Under the pieces are notes generated by a model that saw nothing but the letters and a program-made list of their open reading frames with translations, made no database searches and was not told the DNA's origin. A stretch of DNA of 38,159 bases from a virus (taxonomy: Duplodnaviria; Heunggongvirae; Uroviricota; Caudoviricetes). Both the position numbers and the translations under genes were made by a program. Below are positions 26,897-36,825 of this stretch, piece by piece (position 1 is the stretch's first letter; each line of letters opens with the position of its first letter). The stretch spans positions 1 to 38,159 of the IMG/VR virus record IMGVR_UViG_3300045988_123528; one strand, written 5' to 3'.

Positions 26897-28724
26897 ATTT
26901 GAGCTTAAGGCGTTGATCACCGGTGTCGACAGGCTTTCTCCGGCGCTGTCGAAAATGCAAAAGAAAATCCGGGGATTTAAACGCCAGGCGGAAGAAGCGT
27001 CACAGGGTGGGCTGGCGCTTGGTGGCGGACTGGCAGCGGGTCTGACGCTTTCCCTGAAATCTTATGCCGATCAGGAAAACGCCGCCACCGGGCTGAAAGT
27101 CGCCATGATGGATGCGAACGGCGAGGTTGGAAAAAGCTTTCAGGACATCAATAAATTGGCTATTGGCCTGGGTAACCAGCTACCCGGTACAACGGCTGAT
27201 TTCCAGAACATGATGCAGATGCTGGTGCGTCAGGGGATCCCAGCAGAAAACATTCTGGGTGGTGTGGGTAAAGCGACAGCTTATCTTGCGGTACAACTGA
27301 AAAAAACACCGGAATCGGCAGCCGAGTTTGCTGCAAAGATGCAGGATGCTACCGGAACGGCGTCAGAAGACATGATGGGGCTGTTCGACACTATCCAGAA
27401 AGCGTTTTATCTGGGCGTTGACGATACCAACATGTTGTCCTTCTTCACTAAAACCAGTTCTGTTCTGAAGATGGTGAATAAGGACGGTCTTCAGGCTGCA
27501 CAGAGCCTTGCCCCTATCAGCGTCATGATGGATCAGATGGGGATGAACGGGGAGTCGGCAGGTAATGCCCTGCGAAAAGTTATTCAGTCCGGATTAAGCG
27601 TTAAGAAAATCAGGGACGTCAATAAAGTCATGGCCCGCCAGAAACTCGGAGTGCAGCTCGATTTTACTGACGGCAAAGGGAGTTTTGGCGGTCTTGATAA
27701 CATGTTCAGGCAACTGGCAAAGCTGCGAAAACTGACCGACGTTAAGCGAACAGGTGTACTTAAGGCAATATTTGGTGATGATGCCGAAACCCTTCAGGTG
27801 GTCAATGCACTAATCGATAAAGGAAAGGATGGCTACGATCAGATCCAGCAGAAGATGAATAAACAGGCCAGCCTGAATAAACGTGTTCAGGCCCAGCTTG
27901 GTACGCTGTCCAACCTGTGGGAGGCAATGACGGGGACCGCAACTAACGGCCTTGCGGCTATTGGCGGCGCATTTTCTGGTGACGCCAAAAATATCACGCA
28001 ATGGCTGGGGGAGTTGGGGGAGAAATTCACGAAGTTTGCGGATGAAAATCCCCGGGTTATTCGCGGCGTCGTCGGGCTTGCTGCCGGTCTTGCGATTCTG
28101 AAACTGGGATTGATGGGCGTTGGCGGTGCCATCAGTATTGTCAGCAGGATCATGTCGATGACGCCGATTGGCATGATTGCGACGGCGATAGCCCTGGCTG
28201 CGGGATTAATTATCACTAACTGGGATGTTGTCGGACCTTATTTTAAGAAACTCTGGGAAACCATTAGTCCTTATTTTGAGGCTGGCTGGGAACTTCTGAA
28301 GAAGGTTTTTGCCTGGTCGCCGCTGGGGATGGTGATCAATAACTGGGGACCGGTTGTTAAGTGGTTTCAGGATATGTGGGATAAGCTGAAGCCGATTATT
28401 GAATGGTTTACCGACAGTTCCGGTGACACGGTCGATGCCATTAACTCTGCGCAGTGGGGCGCGGGTGCTTATGATGCTTATGGGACGGGAATACCGGCGC
28501 GGGGATACAAACCTTATCCGGCGGTAGATCTGGCTCAGTCAAACAACGCCTCCGGTGCCACAGGCCCAAATCCCTTCATGATTAACAAAGCTTCTGCGCC
28601 AAAAGTTGATGGTGAGATCAAGGTCTCTTTTGTGAATTCGCCTCCGGGTATGCGGGTTATGGAAACGCGATCCAGCGGTTTTGATGTCAGCCATGATGTT
28701 GGCTATACGCGCTTTGGCAGGTAA
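26889..28724 (+). CDS. Tail tape measure protein
   Basis: 611 aa, Gly/Ala-rich hydrophobic stretches, position after chaperones. Confidence 0.85.
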   Translation: MAEFELKALITGVDRLSPALSKMQKKIRGFKRQAEEASQGGLALGGGLAAGLTLSLKSYADQENAATGLKVAMMDANGEVGKSFQDINKLAIGLGNQLPGTTADFQNMMQMLVRQGIPAENILGGVGKATAYLAVQLKKTPESAAEFAAKMQDATGTASEDMMGLFDTIQKAFYLGVDDTNMLSFFTKTSSVLKMVNKDGLQAAQSLAPISVMMDQMGMNGESAGNALRKVIQSGLSVKKIRDVNKVMARQKLGVQLDFTDGKGSFGGLDNMFRQLAKLRKLTDVKRTGVLKAIFGDDAETLQVVNALIDKGKDGYDQIQQKMNKQASLNKRVQAQLGTLSNLWEAMTGTATNGLAAIGGAFSGDAKNITQWLGELGEKFTKFADENPRVIRGVVGLAAGLAILKLGLMGVGGAISIVSRIMSMTPIGMIATAIALAAGLIITNWDVVGPYFKKLWETISPYFEAGWELLKKVFAWSPLGMVINNWGPVVKWFQDMWDKLKPIIEWFTDSSGDTVDAINSAQWGAGAYDAYGTGIPARGYKPYPAVDLAQSNNASGATGPNPFMINKASAPKVDGEIKVSFVNSPPGMRVMETRSSGFDVSHDVGYTRFGR

Positions 28725-28784
28725 TGAAAAATTAATCTGTTAATGAGTCCCACTCCGGTGGGATTTTTTATGTACGGAGTTTAT

Positions 28785-30113
28785 ATGACGTGGAAAGACA
28801 GACTTCAGGACGCGTCATTTCGAGGTGTGCCGTTTAAGGTTGAAGAAGAAAGTGCGGGAACCGGCCGTCGTGTGGAAACACACGAATATCCGAACCGCGA
28901 CAAACCCTATACCGAAGATCTGGGAAAAGTCACTTTCCGCCCGTCCATCACAGCTTATGTGGTGGGAGATGACTGCTTTGACCAGCGCGATCGCCTGATT
29001 GAAGCGCTGAATAAACCCGGTCCCGGCACGCTTGTCCATCCGACTTACGGTGAGCTGAAAGTCTGTGTTGACGGGGAAGTTCGGGTCAGCACATCGAAAA
29101 GTGAAGGACGTATTGTCCGCTTTGACCTGAAGTTTGTCGAAGCGGGAGAACTCTCTTACCCCACATCAGGTGCGGCGACGGCGCAGACGCTGATGTCATC
29201 CTGTTCTGCACTGGATGACTGCATCAGTGACAGTTTCAGTGGTTTCAGTATCGATGGCGTGGCAGATTTTGTGCAGAACGACGTCGTCGGTAATGCCGGC
29301 ACAATGCTTGGGTATATTTCTGATGCGATGAAAGTGGTGGATTCTGCCGTATCGGATGCCGCCAGGCTGTTGCAGGGGGATATCTCGGTACTTCTGCCGC
29401 CGCCATCGTCAGGCAAAAATTTCGTTGAGCTGGTGCAGAAAATGTGGCGTACCGGGAAACGCCTTTATGGTAACGCCAGCGACCTGGTCACCATGATCAA
29501 AACGCTTTCCGGTGTCAGCCTCGGCAGCGATCTGCAACCGCGCGGCGTCTGGAAAACGGACAGTAAAACCACCGCCACGGCGACGCAGCAGCGTAACGTG
29601 GTTGCCAGCACCCTTCGTACGACCGCAATCAGCGAAGCGGCGTATGCCGTCACCCGATTGCCTGCGCCAACAACTTCCGCGGTGATGCAGAATGCCGCAG
29701 TGGGGCAGGCAACAACACCCGCGCAGAGCACTGGCTGGCCTTCCGTCACGCATCCGGCACTGAACAATGCACCGGCGGTGAAAAACACGGTTGACCTGCC
29801 GACGTGGGAAGAACTGACTGACATTCGCGACACACTGAATACGGCAATTGATAAGGAGTTGTCCCGTACAACCAGCGATGCGCTGTTTCTGGCGCTGCGC
29901 CGGGTGAAAGCAGATCTGAATGCGGATATCAACACGCGCCTTGAACAGTCTGCACGGATCATTCAGCGCACACCGGATGAAGTTTTACCCGCGCTGGTGC
30001 TGGCGGCGACCTGGTTTGATAACGCGGCGCGTGACGCGGACATTATCCGGCGTAATGCCATTACGCATCCCGGCTTTGTGCCGGTGATCCCTCTGAAGGT
30101 GCCAGTGCAATGA
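28785..30113 (+). CDS. Mu N-like DNA circularisation protein
   Basis: WKDRLQDASFRGVPF...GRRVETHEYPNRDKPYTEDLG N-terminal signature; start at ATG with SD GGAG. Confidence 0.7.
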   Translation: MTWKDRLQDASFRGVPFKVEEESAGTGRRVETHEYPNRDKPYTEDLGKVTFRPSITAYVVGDDCFDQRDRLIEALNKPGPGTLVHPTYGELKVCVDGEVRVSTSKSEGRIVRFDLKFVEAGELSYPTSGAATAQTLMSSCSALDDCISDSFSGFSIDGVADFVQNDVVGNAGTMLGYISDAMKVVDSAVSDAARLLQGDISVLLPPPSSGKNFVELVQKMWRTGKRLYGNASDLVTMIKTLSGVSLGSDLQPRGVWKTDSKTTATATQQRNVVASTLRTTAISEAAYAVTRLPAPTTSAVMQNAAVGQATTPAQSTGWPSVTHPALNNAPAVKNTVDLPTWEELTDIRDTLNTAIDKELSRTTSDALFLALRRVKADLNADINTRLEQSARIIQRTPDEVLPALVLAATWFDNAARDADIIRRNAITHPGFVPVIPLKVPVQ

Positions 30114-31189
30114 ACGACAATGTCACGCTACGGGTAAATGGCCGGGAGTGGAATGGCTGGACATCGGTGCGCATCGGTGCCGGTATTGAACGGCTGGCGC
30201 GGGATTTCAGTGTGGAGATCACCCGCCAGTGGCCGGGAGATGAGGGTATCACCACGCTTCAGCCGCGCATTAAAAACGGTTCAAAAGTGGAAGTGCTGAT
30301 TGGTGATGAGCTGGTGATCACCGGCTGGGTGGAGGCGACGCCCGTTCGTTACGATTCCCGTTCGGTCAGCACCGGTATTGCCGGACGTAGTCTGACGGCT
30401 GACCTGATTGACTGTGCAGCCGAACCGACACAGTTTAACGGACGCTCGCTGGTGCAGATTGCGCAGGCGCTTGCTGCGCCTTTCGGCATTGAGGTGGTGA
30501 ACAGCGGTGCGCCGTCGGGTGTTATTCCTGATGTTCAGCCTGATCACGGTGAAACGGTGATTGAGGTAATCAACAAAATACTCGGTCAGCAGCAGGCACT
30601 GGCTTACGACGACCCGCACGGCAGGCTGGTGATTGGCGGTATTGGCTCAACGCGGGCACATACTGCGCTGGTACTCGGGGAAAACATCCTTTCCTGCGAT
30701 ACGGAGAAGAGTATCCGGGAGCGGTTTTCTGTTTACCAGGTGGCGGGGCAGCGTGCCGGAAACGACGATGATTTCGGTGAGGCCACCACCACCGCGCTGC
30801 GGGCCCGCACAGAGGACGCATTTATTGCCCGTTACCGTCCGATGTATATCAGGCAGACAGGGCAGGCTACGGGGGCAGGCTGTATTGCGCGTGCTGACTT
30901 TGAAGCCCGGCAACGGGCGGCGCGGACGGATGAAACCACCTATGTGGTGCAGGGCTGGCGACAGGGTAACGGTACGCTGTGGCAGCCCAACCAGCGGGTG
31001 ATTGTCTTTGATCCGGTCTGTGGTTTCGACAATACCGAACTGCTTGTTTCGGAAGTCACGTTTACTCAGGACCAGAACGGCACCCTGACGGAAATCCGTG
31101 TCGGCCCACCTGATGCTTATCTGCCTGAACCCGAAGCCCCCGGCGCGCGGAAAAAGAAAAAAGCCAGAGTACAGGAGGACCCGTTCTGA
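30110..31189 (+). CDS. Baseplate hub protein (Mu P-like)
   Basis: 359 aa in conserved Mu-type baseplate order. Confidence 0.65.
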   Translation: MNDNVTLRVNGREWNGWTSVRIGAGIERLARDFSVEITRQWPGDEGITTLQPRIKNGSKVEVLIGDELVITGWVEATPVRYDSRSVSTGIAGRSLTADLIDCAAEPTQFNGRSLVQIAQALAAPFGIEVVNSGAPSGVIPDVQPDHGETVIEVINKILGQQQALAYDDPHGRLVIGGIGSTRAHTALVLGENILSCDTEKSIRERFSVYQVAGQRAGNDDDFGEATTTALRARTEDAFIARYRPMYIRQTGQATGAGCIARADFEARQRAARTDETTYVVQGWRQGNGTLWQPNQRVIVFDPVCGFDNTELLVSEVTFTQDQNGTLTEIRVGPPDAYLPEPEAPGARKKKKARVQEDPF

Positions 31190-31737
31190 TGAGGACGATT
31201 GAAGCCATGCAGCGACAACTCCTCGGCCTGATTGGGCGGGCAGTGGTGAAAAGCATCAGTGCCGCCACGAAATGTCAGACCGTGGATGTGTCCCTGATTG
31301 CCGGTGAACCCAAAGCCGGGGTTGAACATCTTGAACCCTACGGTTTTACCGCAAGGGCAAACAGCGGTGCGGAAGCGGTGGTGTTGTTTCCGGATGGCGA
31401 CCGTTCTCATGCGGTGGTTGTTACGGTGTCGGACCGGCGCTACCGCCTGAAAGGGCTGCAGACGGGTGAGGTGGCTGTCTATGACGATCAGGGGCAGTCT
31501 GTGACGCTGACCCGGGAGGGGATCGTGGTGGACGGTGCAGGTAAAACGATCACGTTTCGCAATGCGCCCAGAGCACGTTTTGAAATGGACCTGGAAGTGA
31601 CCGGACAGGTGAAAGACCTGTGCGACTCCGGCGGTACCACCATGTCAGCGATGCGGCTTGCCTATAACGGGCATCGTCACAGAGAGAACGGTCAGGGCAG
31701 TAACACCGACAAACCTGATAAAGCGATGGAGGCATGA
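31189..31737 (+). CDS. Baseplate assembly protein V-like
   Basis: 182 aa, position and size. Confidence 0.6.
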   Translation: MRTIEAMQRQLLGLIGRAVVKSISAATKCQTVDVSLIAGEPKAGVEHLEPYGFTARANSGAEAVVLFPDGDRSHAVVVTVSDRRYRLKGLQTGEVAVYDDQGQSVTLTREGIVVDGAGKTITFRNAPRARFEMDLEVTGQVKDLCDSGGTTMSAMRLAYNGHRHRENGQGSNTDKPDKAMEA

Positions 31738-32162
31738 TGGAACTGTGGCTGACGGTGAACGGTAAACGCACCTGCGCCAGCGCACAGCTGGATCCGCTGA
31801 CCCGCGCCGTGGTGATTTCCCTGTTTACCTGGCGGCGGGCGGAGCCTGATGACAACGCCGATGTCCCGATGGGATGGTGGGGGGATACCTGGCCTGCGGT
31901 ACAGAATGACCGTTACGGCTCCCGACTGTGGCTGCTTCAGCGCAGCAAACTGACCAATCAGCTGGTGCAGACGGTAAGGGGGTATATCCGCGAATGCCTG
32001 CAATGGATGATTGATGACGGCGTGGTGTCCCGTATTGATCTGGATATCCGCCGCACCGGGATTAATGAACTGGGTAACAGTATCACTCTCTGGCGTCGTG
32101 ACGGACCGGTAATGATTTCTTTTGATGATCTGTGGAGTGCGATAACGCATGGCGGACAGTGA
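31734..32162 (+). CDS. Baseplate protein (Mu gp46-like)
   Basis: 142 aa, conserved order. Confidence 0.6.
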   Translation: MMELWLTVNGKRTCASAQLDPLTRAVVISLFTWRRAEPDDNADVPMGWWGDTWPAVQNDRYGSRLWLLQRSKLTNQLVQTVRGYIRECLQWMIDDGVVSRIDLDIRRTGINELGNSITLWRRDGPVMISFDDLWSAITHGGQ

Positions 32163-33207
32163 ATTTCAGCGCCCGACGCTGGCAGAAAATATCAGTATGC
32201 TCCGTAACGATTTATTCGCCAGGCTGGACGTCAGCGACACGCTCCGGCGCATGGATGAAGACGTGCGGGCAAAGGTGTATGCGGCGGCGCTGCATACGGT
32301 TTACGGTTACATCGATTATCTGGCAATGAACATGCTGCCTGACCTGTGCGATGAGTCCTGGCTGGCGCGACATGCTGCGATGAAACGGTGTCCGCGCAAG
32401 GGGGCCACGGCTGCCAGCGGGTATATGCGCTGGGAAGGTGTCAGCGATGGCCTGAAGGTGACCGCCGGGAGTGTTATTCAGCGCGATGACCTGGTGCAGT
32501 ACACGACAACTGACGATGCAACCAGCTCCGGTGGTGTCCTGCGCGTGCCGATCACTTGCTCAACTACAGGCGCGGTCGGTAACGCTGACGACGGTACGGC
32601 ATTAATCCTGGTCACGCCGGTGAATGGTCTGCCGTCTTCCGGTGTTGCAGATACCCTGACTGGCGGATTTGATACTGAAGAGCTGGAAACGTGGCGCGCC
32701 CGCGTCATTGAGCGGTATTACTGGACGCCTCAGGGCGGGGCTGACGGGGACTATGTCGTCTGGGCTAAAGAAGTGTCAGGCATTACCCGTGCATGGACAT
32801 ACCGCCACTGGATGGGAACGGGGACTGTCGGTGTGATGATTGCCAGCAGTGACCTGATTAATCCCATTCCGGAAGAATCAACGGAAACGGCGGCAAGACA
32901 ACACATTGAGCCACTGGCCCCGGTGGCAGGCTCTGATTTGTATGTATTCAGGCCGGTGGCGCATAAAGTGGATTTTCATATCCGCGTGACGCCGGACACA
33001 CCGGAAATACGGGCTGCCATCACCGCGGAGTTGCGTTCGTTCCTGCTGCGTGATGGTTATCCGCAGGGAGAACTGAAGGTATCGCGTATCAGTGAGGCGA
33101 TTTCCGGTGCGAACGGGGAATACAGCCATCAGTTGCTTGCACCGGCAGACAATATCTCCATTGCAAAAAATGAACTGGCGGTTCTGGGGACGATTTCATG
33201 GACGTGA
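32149..33207 (+). CDS. Baseplate J-like protein (Mu gp47-like)
   Basis: 352 aa, conserved order. Confidence 0.7.
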   Translation: MADSEFQRPTLAENISMLRNDLFARLDVSDTLRRMDEDVRAKVYAAALHTVYGYIDYLAMNMLPDLCDESWLARHAAMKRCPRKGATAASGYMRWEGVSDGLKVTAGSVIQRDDLVQYTTTDDATSSGGVLRVPITCSTTGAVGNADDGTALILVTPVNGLPSSGVADTLTGGFDTEELETWRARVIERYYWTPQGGADGDYVVWAKEVSGITRAWTYRHWMGTGTVGVMIASSDLINPIPEESTETAARQHIEPLAPVAGSDLYVFRPVAHKVDFHIRVTPDTPEIRAAITAELRSFLLRDGYPQGELKVSRISEAISGANGEYSHQLLAPADNISIAKNELAVLGTISWT

Positions 33208-33782
33208 CAAACGATGATTACATCCGCCTGTTATCGGCACTGTTGCCGCCCGGTCCTGCATGGTCAGCCAGCGATCCGGCGATTGCCGGTGCGGCACCTT
33301 CATTAACCCGCGTTCATCAGCGTGCGGATGCCCTGATGCGGGAGCTGGATCCGCGCACCACCACTGAACTGATAAACCGCTGGGAGCGTCTGTGCGGTCT
33401 GCCGGATGAATGTATTCCCGCAGGGACACAGACCCTTCGCCAGCGTCAGCAACGGCTGGATGCGAAGGTTAATCTGGCGGGCGGCATCAATGAGGATTTT
33501 TACCTTGCACAGCTTGCTGCCCTGGGCAGACCAGACGCCACTATCACGCGATACGATAAAAGCACGTTCACCTGCTCATCGGCCTGTACTGACGCAGTGA
33601 ATGCGCCGGAATGGCGGTATTACTGGCAGGTCAACATGCCAGCCGCCACCAACACCACCTGGATGACATGTGGCGATCCCTGTGATTCCGCACTGCGTAT
33701 CTGGGGCGACACCGTTGTCGAGTGCGTGCTTAACAAACTCTGCCCTTCGCATACCTACGTAATTTTTAAATATCCGGAGTAA
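33198..33782 (+). CDS. DUF2313 / YmfQ-like tail protein (Mu gp48-like)
   Basis: 194 aa, the size of e14 YmfQ; precedes the tail fibre. Confidence 0.6.
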   Translation: MDVTNDDYIRLLSALLPPGPAWSASDPAIAGAAPSLTRVHQRADALMRELDPRTTTELINRWERLCGLPDECIPAGTQTLRQRQQRLDAKVNLAGGINEDFYLAQLAALGRPDATITRYDKSTFTCSSACTDAVNAPEWRYYWQVNMPAATNTTWMTCGDPCDSALRIWGDTVVECVLNKLCPSHTYVIFKYPE

Positions 33783-33785
33783 TCC

Positions 33786-34490
33786 ATGCATCGTATAGAC
33801 ACGAAAACCGCGCAGAAGGATAAGTTCGGCGCGGGTAAGAACGGTTTTACCCGTGGTAACCCCCAGACCGGCACACCTGCCACCGATCTGGATGATGACT
33901 ACTTTGACATGTTGCAGGAAGAACTTTGTAGCGTGGTGGAGGCCTCCGGTGCCAGCCTGGAGAAAGGGCGGCATGACCAGATGCTTACCGCACTTCGTGC
34001 GCTGCTGTTAAGCCGCAAGAATCCGTTTGGCGATATCAAATCGGATGGCACTGTGCAAACGGCTCTCGAAAACCTTAGTTTAGGAGAAGGCTCAGCATTG
34101 CCTGTTGGCGTACCTGTTCCGTGGCCTTCAGTCACACCGCCAACAGGCTGGCTGAAATGCAACGGTGCAGCTTTTTCTGCCGAAGAGTATCCGGAACTGG
34201 CAAAAGTTTATCCGACAAATAAATTGCCAGATTTACGCGGCGAATTCATTCGTGGGTGGGATGATGGAAGAGGAATTGATTCAGGACGGACTCTCCTGTC
34301 TGCTCAGGACGGGAGCATTGAGGCACACGGCCATGATTACAATGGGGCCATCTATACTTCTAGCGGTCCTTCCTGGGCTAATACGACGGATGCGGGACAC
34401 CGGGCATATTCGGGATTTACATCATCATATGGCGGGAGCGAAACCCGTCCACGAAATATTGCATTTAACTATATCGTGAGGGCTGCATAA
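33786..34490 (+). CDS. Tail fibre protein
   Basis: 234 aa; Gly-rich C-terminal region; followed by a tail fibre assembly gene. Confidence 0.7.
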   Translation: MHRIDTKTAQKDKFGAGKNGFTRGNPQTGTPATDLDDDYFDMLQEELCSVVEASGASLEKGRHDQMLTALRALLLSRKNPFGDIKSDGTVQTALENLSLGEGSALPVGVPVPWPSVTPPTGWLKCNGAAFSAEEYPELAKVYPTNKLPDLRGEFIRGWDDGRGIDSGRTLLSAQDGSIEAHGHDYNGAIYTSSGPSWANTTDAGHRAYSGFTSSYGGSETRPRNIAFNYIVRAA

Positions 34491-35089
34491 TGGATAACGC
34501 CGTATTAAATAGCGAGCTTATTGCCACGAAGGCGGGGAATATTACTGTTTATAACTATGATGGTGAGACGCGGGAATATATTTCTGCATCAACTGAATAT
34601 CTTGCAGTGGGTGTCGGTATTCCAGCATATTCCTGTTTAGACGCTCCTGGTACATCTAAGGCTGGTTATACAATTTGCCGTTCTGTGGATTTAAAATCAT
34701 GGGAATATGTGTCAGACCATCGCGGTGAAATCGTCTATAACACCGAAACGGGAGAATCGAAAGAAATCACAGCTCCGGGTGATTATCCTGAAAATACAAC
34801 CACTATCGCCCCGTTAACGCCATACGATAAATGGGATGGTGAAAAATGGGTGACGGATATCAATGCTCAGCACGTAGCGGAAGTGGAAGCGGCAGAGCAA
34901 CAGAAATCTGTGCAGCTTCTGTTCGCAAAGGAAAAGATCATTCTTTGGCAGACTGAATTACAGCTGGGAATTATCAGCGACGAAGATAAAGAAAAACTAA
35001 TATCTTGGGTGAACTATATCAAAGCTGTTCAGGCAGTAGATACCCAGAAAGCTCACAATATCATCTGGCCTAAAAAACCATTCATATAA
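34490..35089 (+). CDS. Tail fibre assembly protein (Tfa)
   Basis: 199 aa, coupled to the fibre gene. Confidence 0.75.
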   Translation: MDNAVLNSELIATKAGNITVYNYDGETREYISASTEYLAVGVGIPAYSCLDAPGTSKAGYTICRSVDLKSWEYVSDHRGEIVYNTETGESKEITAPGDYPENTTTIAPLTPYDKWDGEKWVTDINAQHVAEVEAAEQQKSVQLLFAKEKIILWQTELQLGIISDEDKEKLISWVNYIKAVQAVDTQKAHNIIWPKKPFI

Positions 35090-35091
35090 AT

Positions 35092-35118
35092 AAACGCCCC
35101 TTATGGGGCGTATTTTGC
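35092..35118. terminator. Bidirectional terminator between tail genes and the acyltransferase
   Basis: ACGCCCC TTAT GGGGCGT hairpin plus T-run; overlaps the acyltransferase stop. Confidence 0.7.
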
Positions 35119-36270
35119 TGCTTGCACGTTATTCTTTGGAAGAATTTTATTTGATAAATAATTGGAAAATTTTATCGCGTTATCATCAATTAGCAATTTA
35201 AAAATTAAAGCTGCAAGTATTGAAGATAATAAAGTGATTGGGAAAGTAATAAGTAAAGACTTTCCGTATGAAACTCCTGCATCACCAAGCTTAATTACGA
35301 TCAAAGAAGATATTGAAGCTATTAATGGAAAATGCACCAGATAAAGAGAGTATGATACATCTCCAAGAAATTTACAGGTTTTTGTTTTGAATAAATTTGA
35401 GATAACTATTGATTTATCAATTGCTATAATAAGAAACATTGAACCAAAGGCTTGAGAAACAATTCTCAAATCAAAGTAAGTTATGTCACTGTTATTTATC
35501 CAGATACTATGTTCAGTTATAAAATATGGGTATGAACCTAGGTAACATCCTAGTAAAATAAACATAAAGATAATTGTGGTATTAATTTTCTTTATATTAA
35601 CTGAAACATCTGCACAAATCACCCCTAATATAAATCCTATTAGATGACTTGAGCTAAATACCACAATACCTAAAGTATAAAAAGCAAACCTAATTCTGGT
35701 AGTGCAAACTAGTGGGACCAGAACGAGTACAAGAATTGAGCCAACCAATTCGGTGTGAATGGTCCATAATACTGGGTTTAATGTTTGAACTCCGTAAAAA
35801 TATGTACCAATACCCCCTTCCCATACCGCATTCAGTAATGTCATTGTAGTTGGCATCGCTGGGATTACTTGTGATAAAGAGTACACTGCAGTTTCTGATG
35901 AATGAAATCCAATCGTTGTCATCAGAATAAAGGAAAATATAGTAGATGCAATGGTAGGTATTGCAAGACGTGGGTATCTCTTGATAATGGATTTAGAGTA
36001 CCATTCTAGCCCCTTCCCTTTGAAAAAGGGAATCGATAGAACCATTCCACTCAAAACGAAGAAAAGCATTACGGCAAAGTGACCATTATATAATATATTA
36101 AATGGAGTTTCACTTATGTATTTCTCTCCATAATGATCTATCTGATTTTGAACAAAAACAGATGGTAGAAAGAATTGCATGAAATGGCTTATTAAAACTA
36201 TCAAGCAAGCTATACCACGAATACCATCCAGTGCGTGATCTCGGGAAGGCGTCGTTAATTGTTGAACCAT
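35101..36270 (-). CDS. Acyltransferase family 3 integral membrane protein (OafA/Oac-like)
   Basis: LDGIRGIACLIVLISHF N-terminal motif and many TM segments; AT-rich relative to the rest of the prophage; SD GAGGA before this ATG. Confidence 0.8.
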   Translation of the reverse strand: MVQQLTTPSRDHALDGIRGIACLIVLISHFMQFFLPSVFVQNQIDHYGEKYISETPFNILYNGHFAVMLFFVLSGMVLSIPFFKGKGLEWYSKSIIKRYPRLAIPTIASTIFSFILMTTIGFHSSETAVYSLSQVIPAMPTTMTLLNAVWEGGIGTYFYGVQTLNPVLWTIHTELVGSILVLVLVPLVCTTRIRFAFYTLGIVVFSSSHLIGFILGVICADVSVNIKKINTTIIFMFILLGCYLGSYPYFITEHSIWINNSDITYFDLRIVSQAFGSMFLIIAIDKSIVISNLFKTKTCKFLGDVSYSLYLVHFPLIASISSLIVIKLGDAGVSYGKSLLITFPITLLSSILAALIFKLLIDDNAIKFSNYLSNKILPKNNVQAAKYAP

Positions 36271-36512
36271 CAATTCCTCACACATTGTAATAAAGTATTA
36301 AAATAAAATAGTAAAAGCAGAATATACAAATACGAAAAGCGGAATTATACTTTACAAGAGTGCTTGATGCTATTGTTTTGTCGAGATTTATAATCTGATC
36401 TTCTGTAGATGTTGTCCTGGCATTGTCCAATCATGATCTATGGGCTGGCTGGCGAACTTTCGATAGTGCGAGTATTGAATGATTTCCAGCCGTTACCGAT
36501 TTTACGTGTTAA

Positions 36513-36761
36513 TTAGTGAACAAACCACTCGTCAGCAGATTCCCAGGTATCTTTCAGAGTCTCCTGAACAAAAGTTTTTGCAGAATCCTTATCTGCGGTG
36601 CGTGTAACAGAAAGGCCATCGTTGCTGGTGGCTTTTACGATCACCTCTACATCGTCATAACGTTTACTGATGCGTCGGGTTAATTCTTCCTTTAACGCAT
36701 CCACAGCACCGGTTGGCATTTTAGTCATTTTTTCTTTGGCTATGCAGATTTCAATACGCAT
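36513..36761 (-). CDS. DinI-like protein
   Basis: 82 aa; MRIEICIAK...[11 protein letters not shown] closely matches DinI; SOS boxes in promoter. Confidence 0.85.
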   Translation of the reverse strand: MRIEICIAKEKMTKMPTGAVDALKEELTRRISKRYDDVEVIVKATSNDGLSVTRTADKDSAKTFVQETLKDTWESADEWFVH

Positions 36762-36773
36762 AAAAGTCCCTCT

Positions 36774-36825
36774 ATACTGTGTTTGTATACAGTATTATTT
36801 TTAACTGTATGGATAAACAGTGTCA
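36774..36825 (-). promoter_or_regulatory. SOS-regulated promoter with two LexA boxes
   Basis: TACTGTGTTTGTATACAGTA and AACTGTATGGATAAACAGTG (CTGT-N8-ACAG); minus-strand TTGACA-17-TAAAAT; coordinates +/-2. Confidence 0.75.

Noticed and set aside
33786-35089. Invertible tail-fibre segment with Pin/Gin-type invertase as in e14 or Mu
   Set aside because: No invertase ORF and no inverted crossover repeats flank the fibre genes; the next gene is the acyltransferase on the opposite strand.
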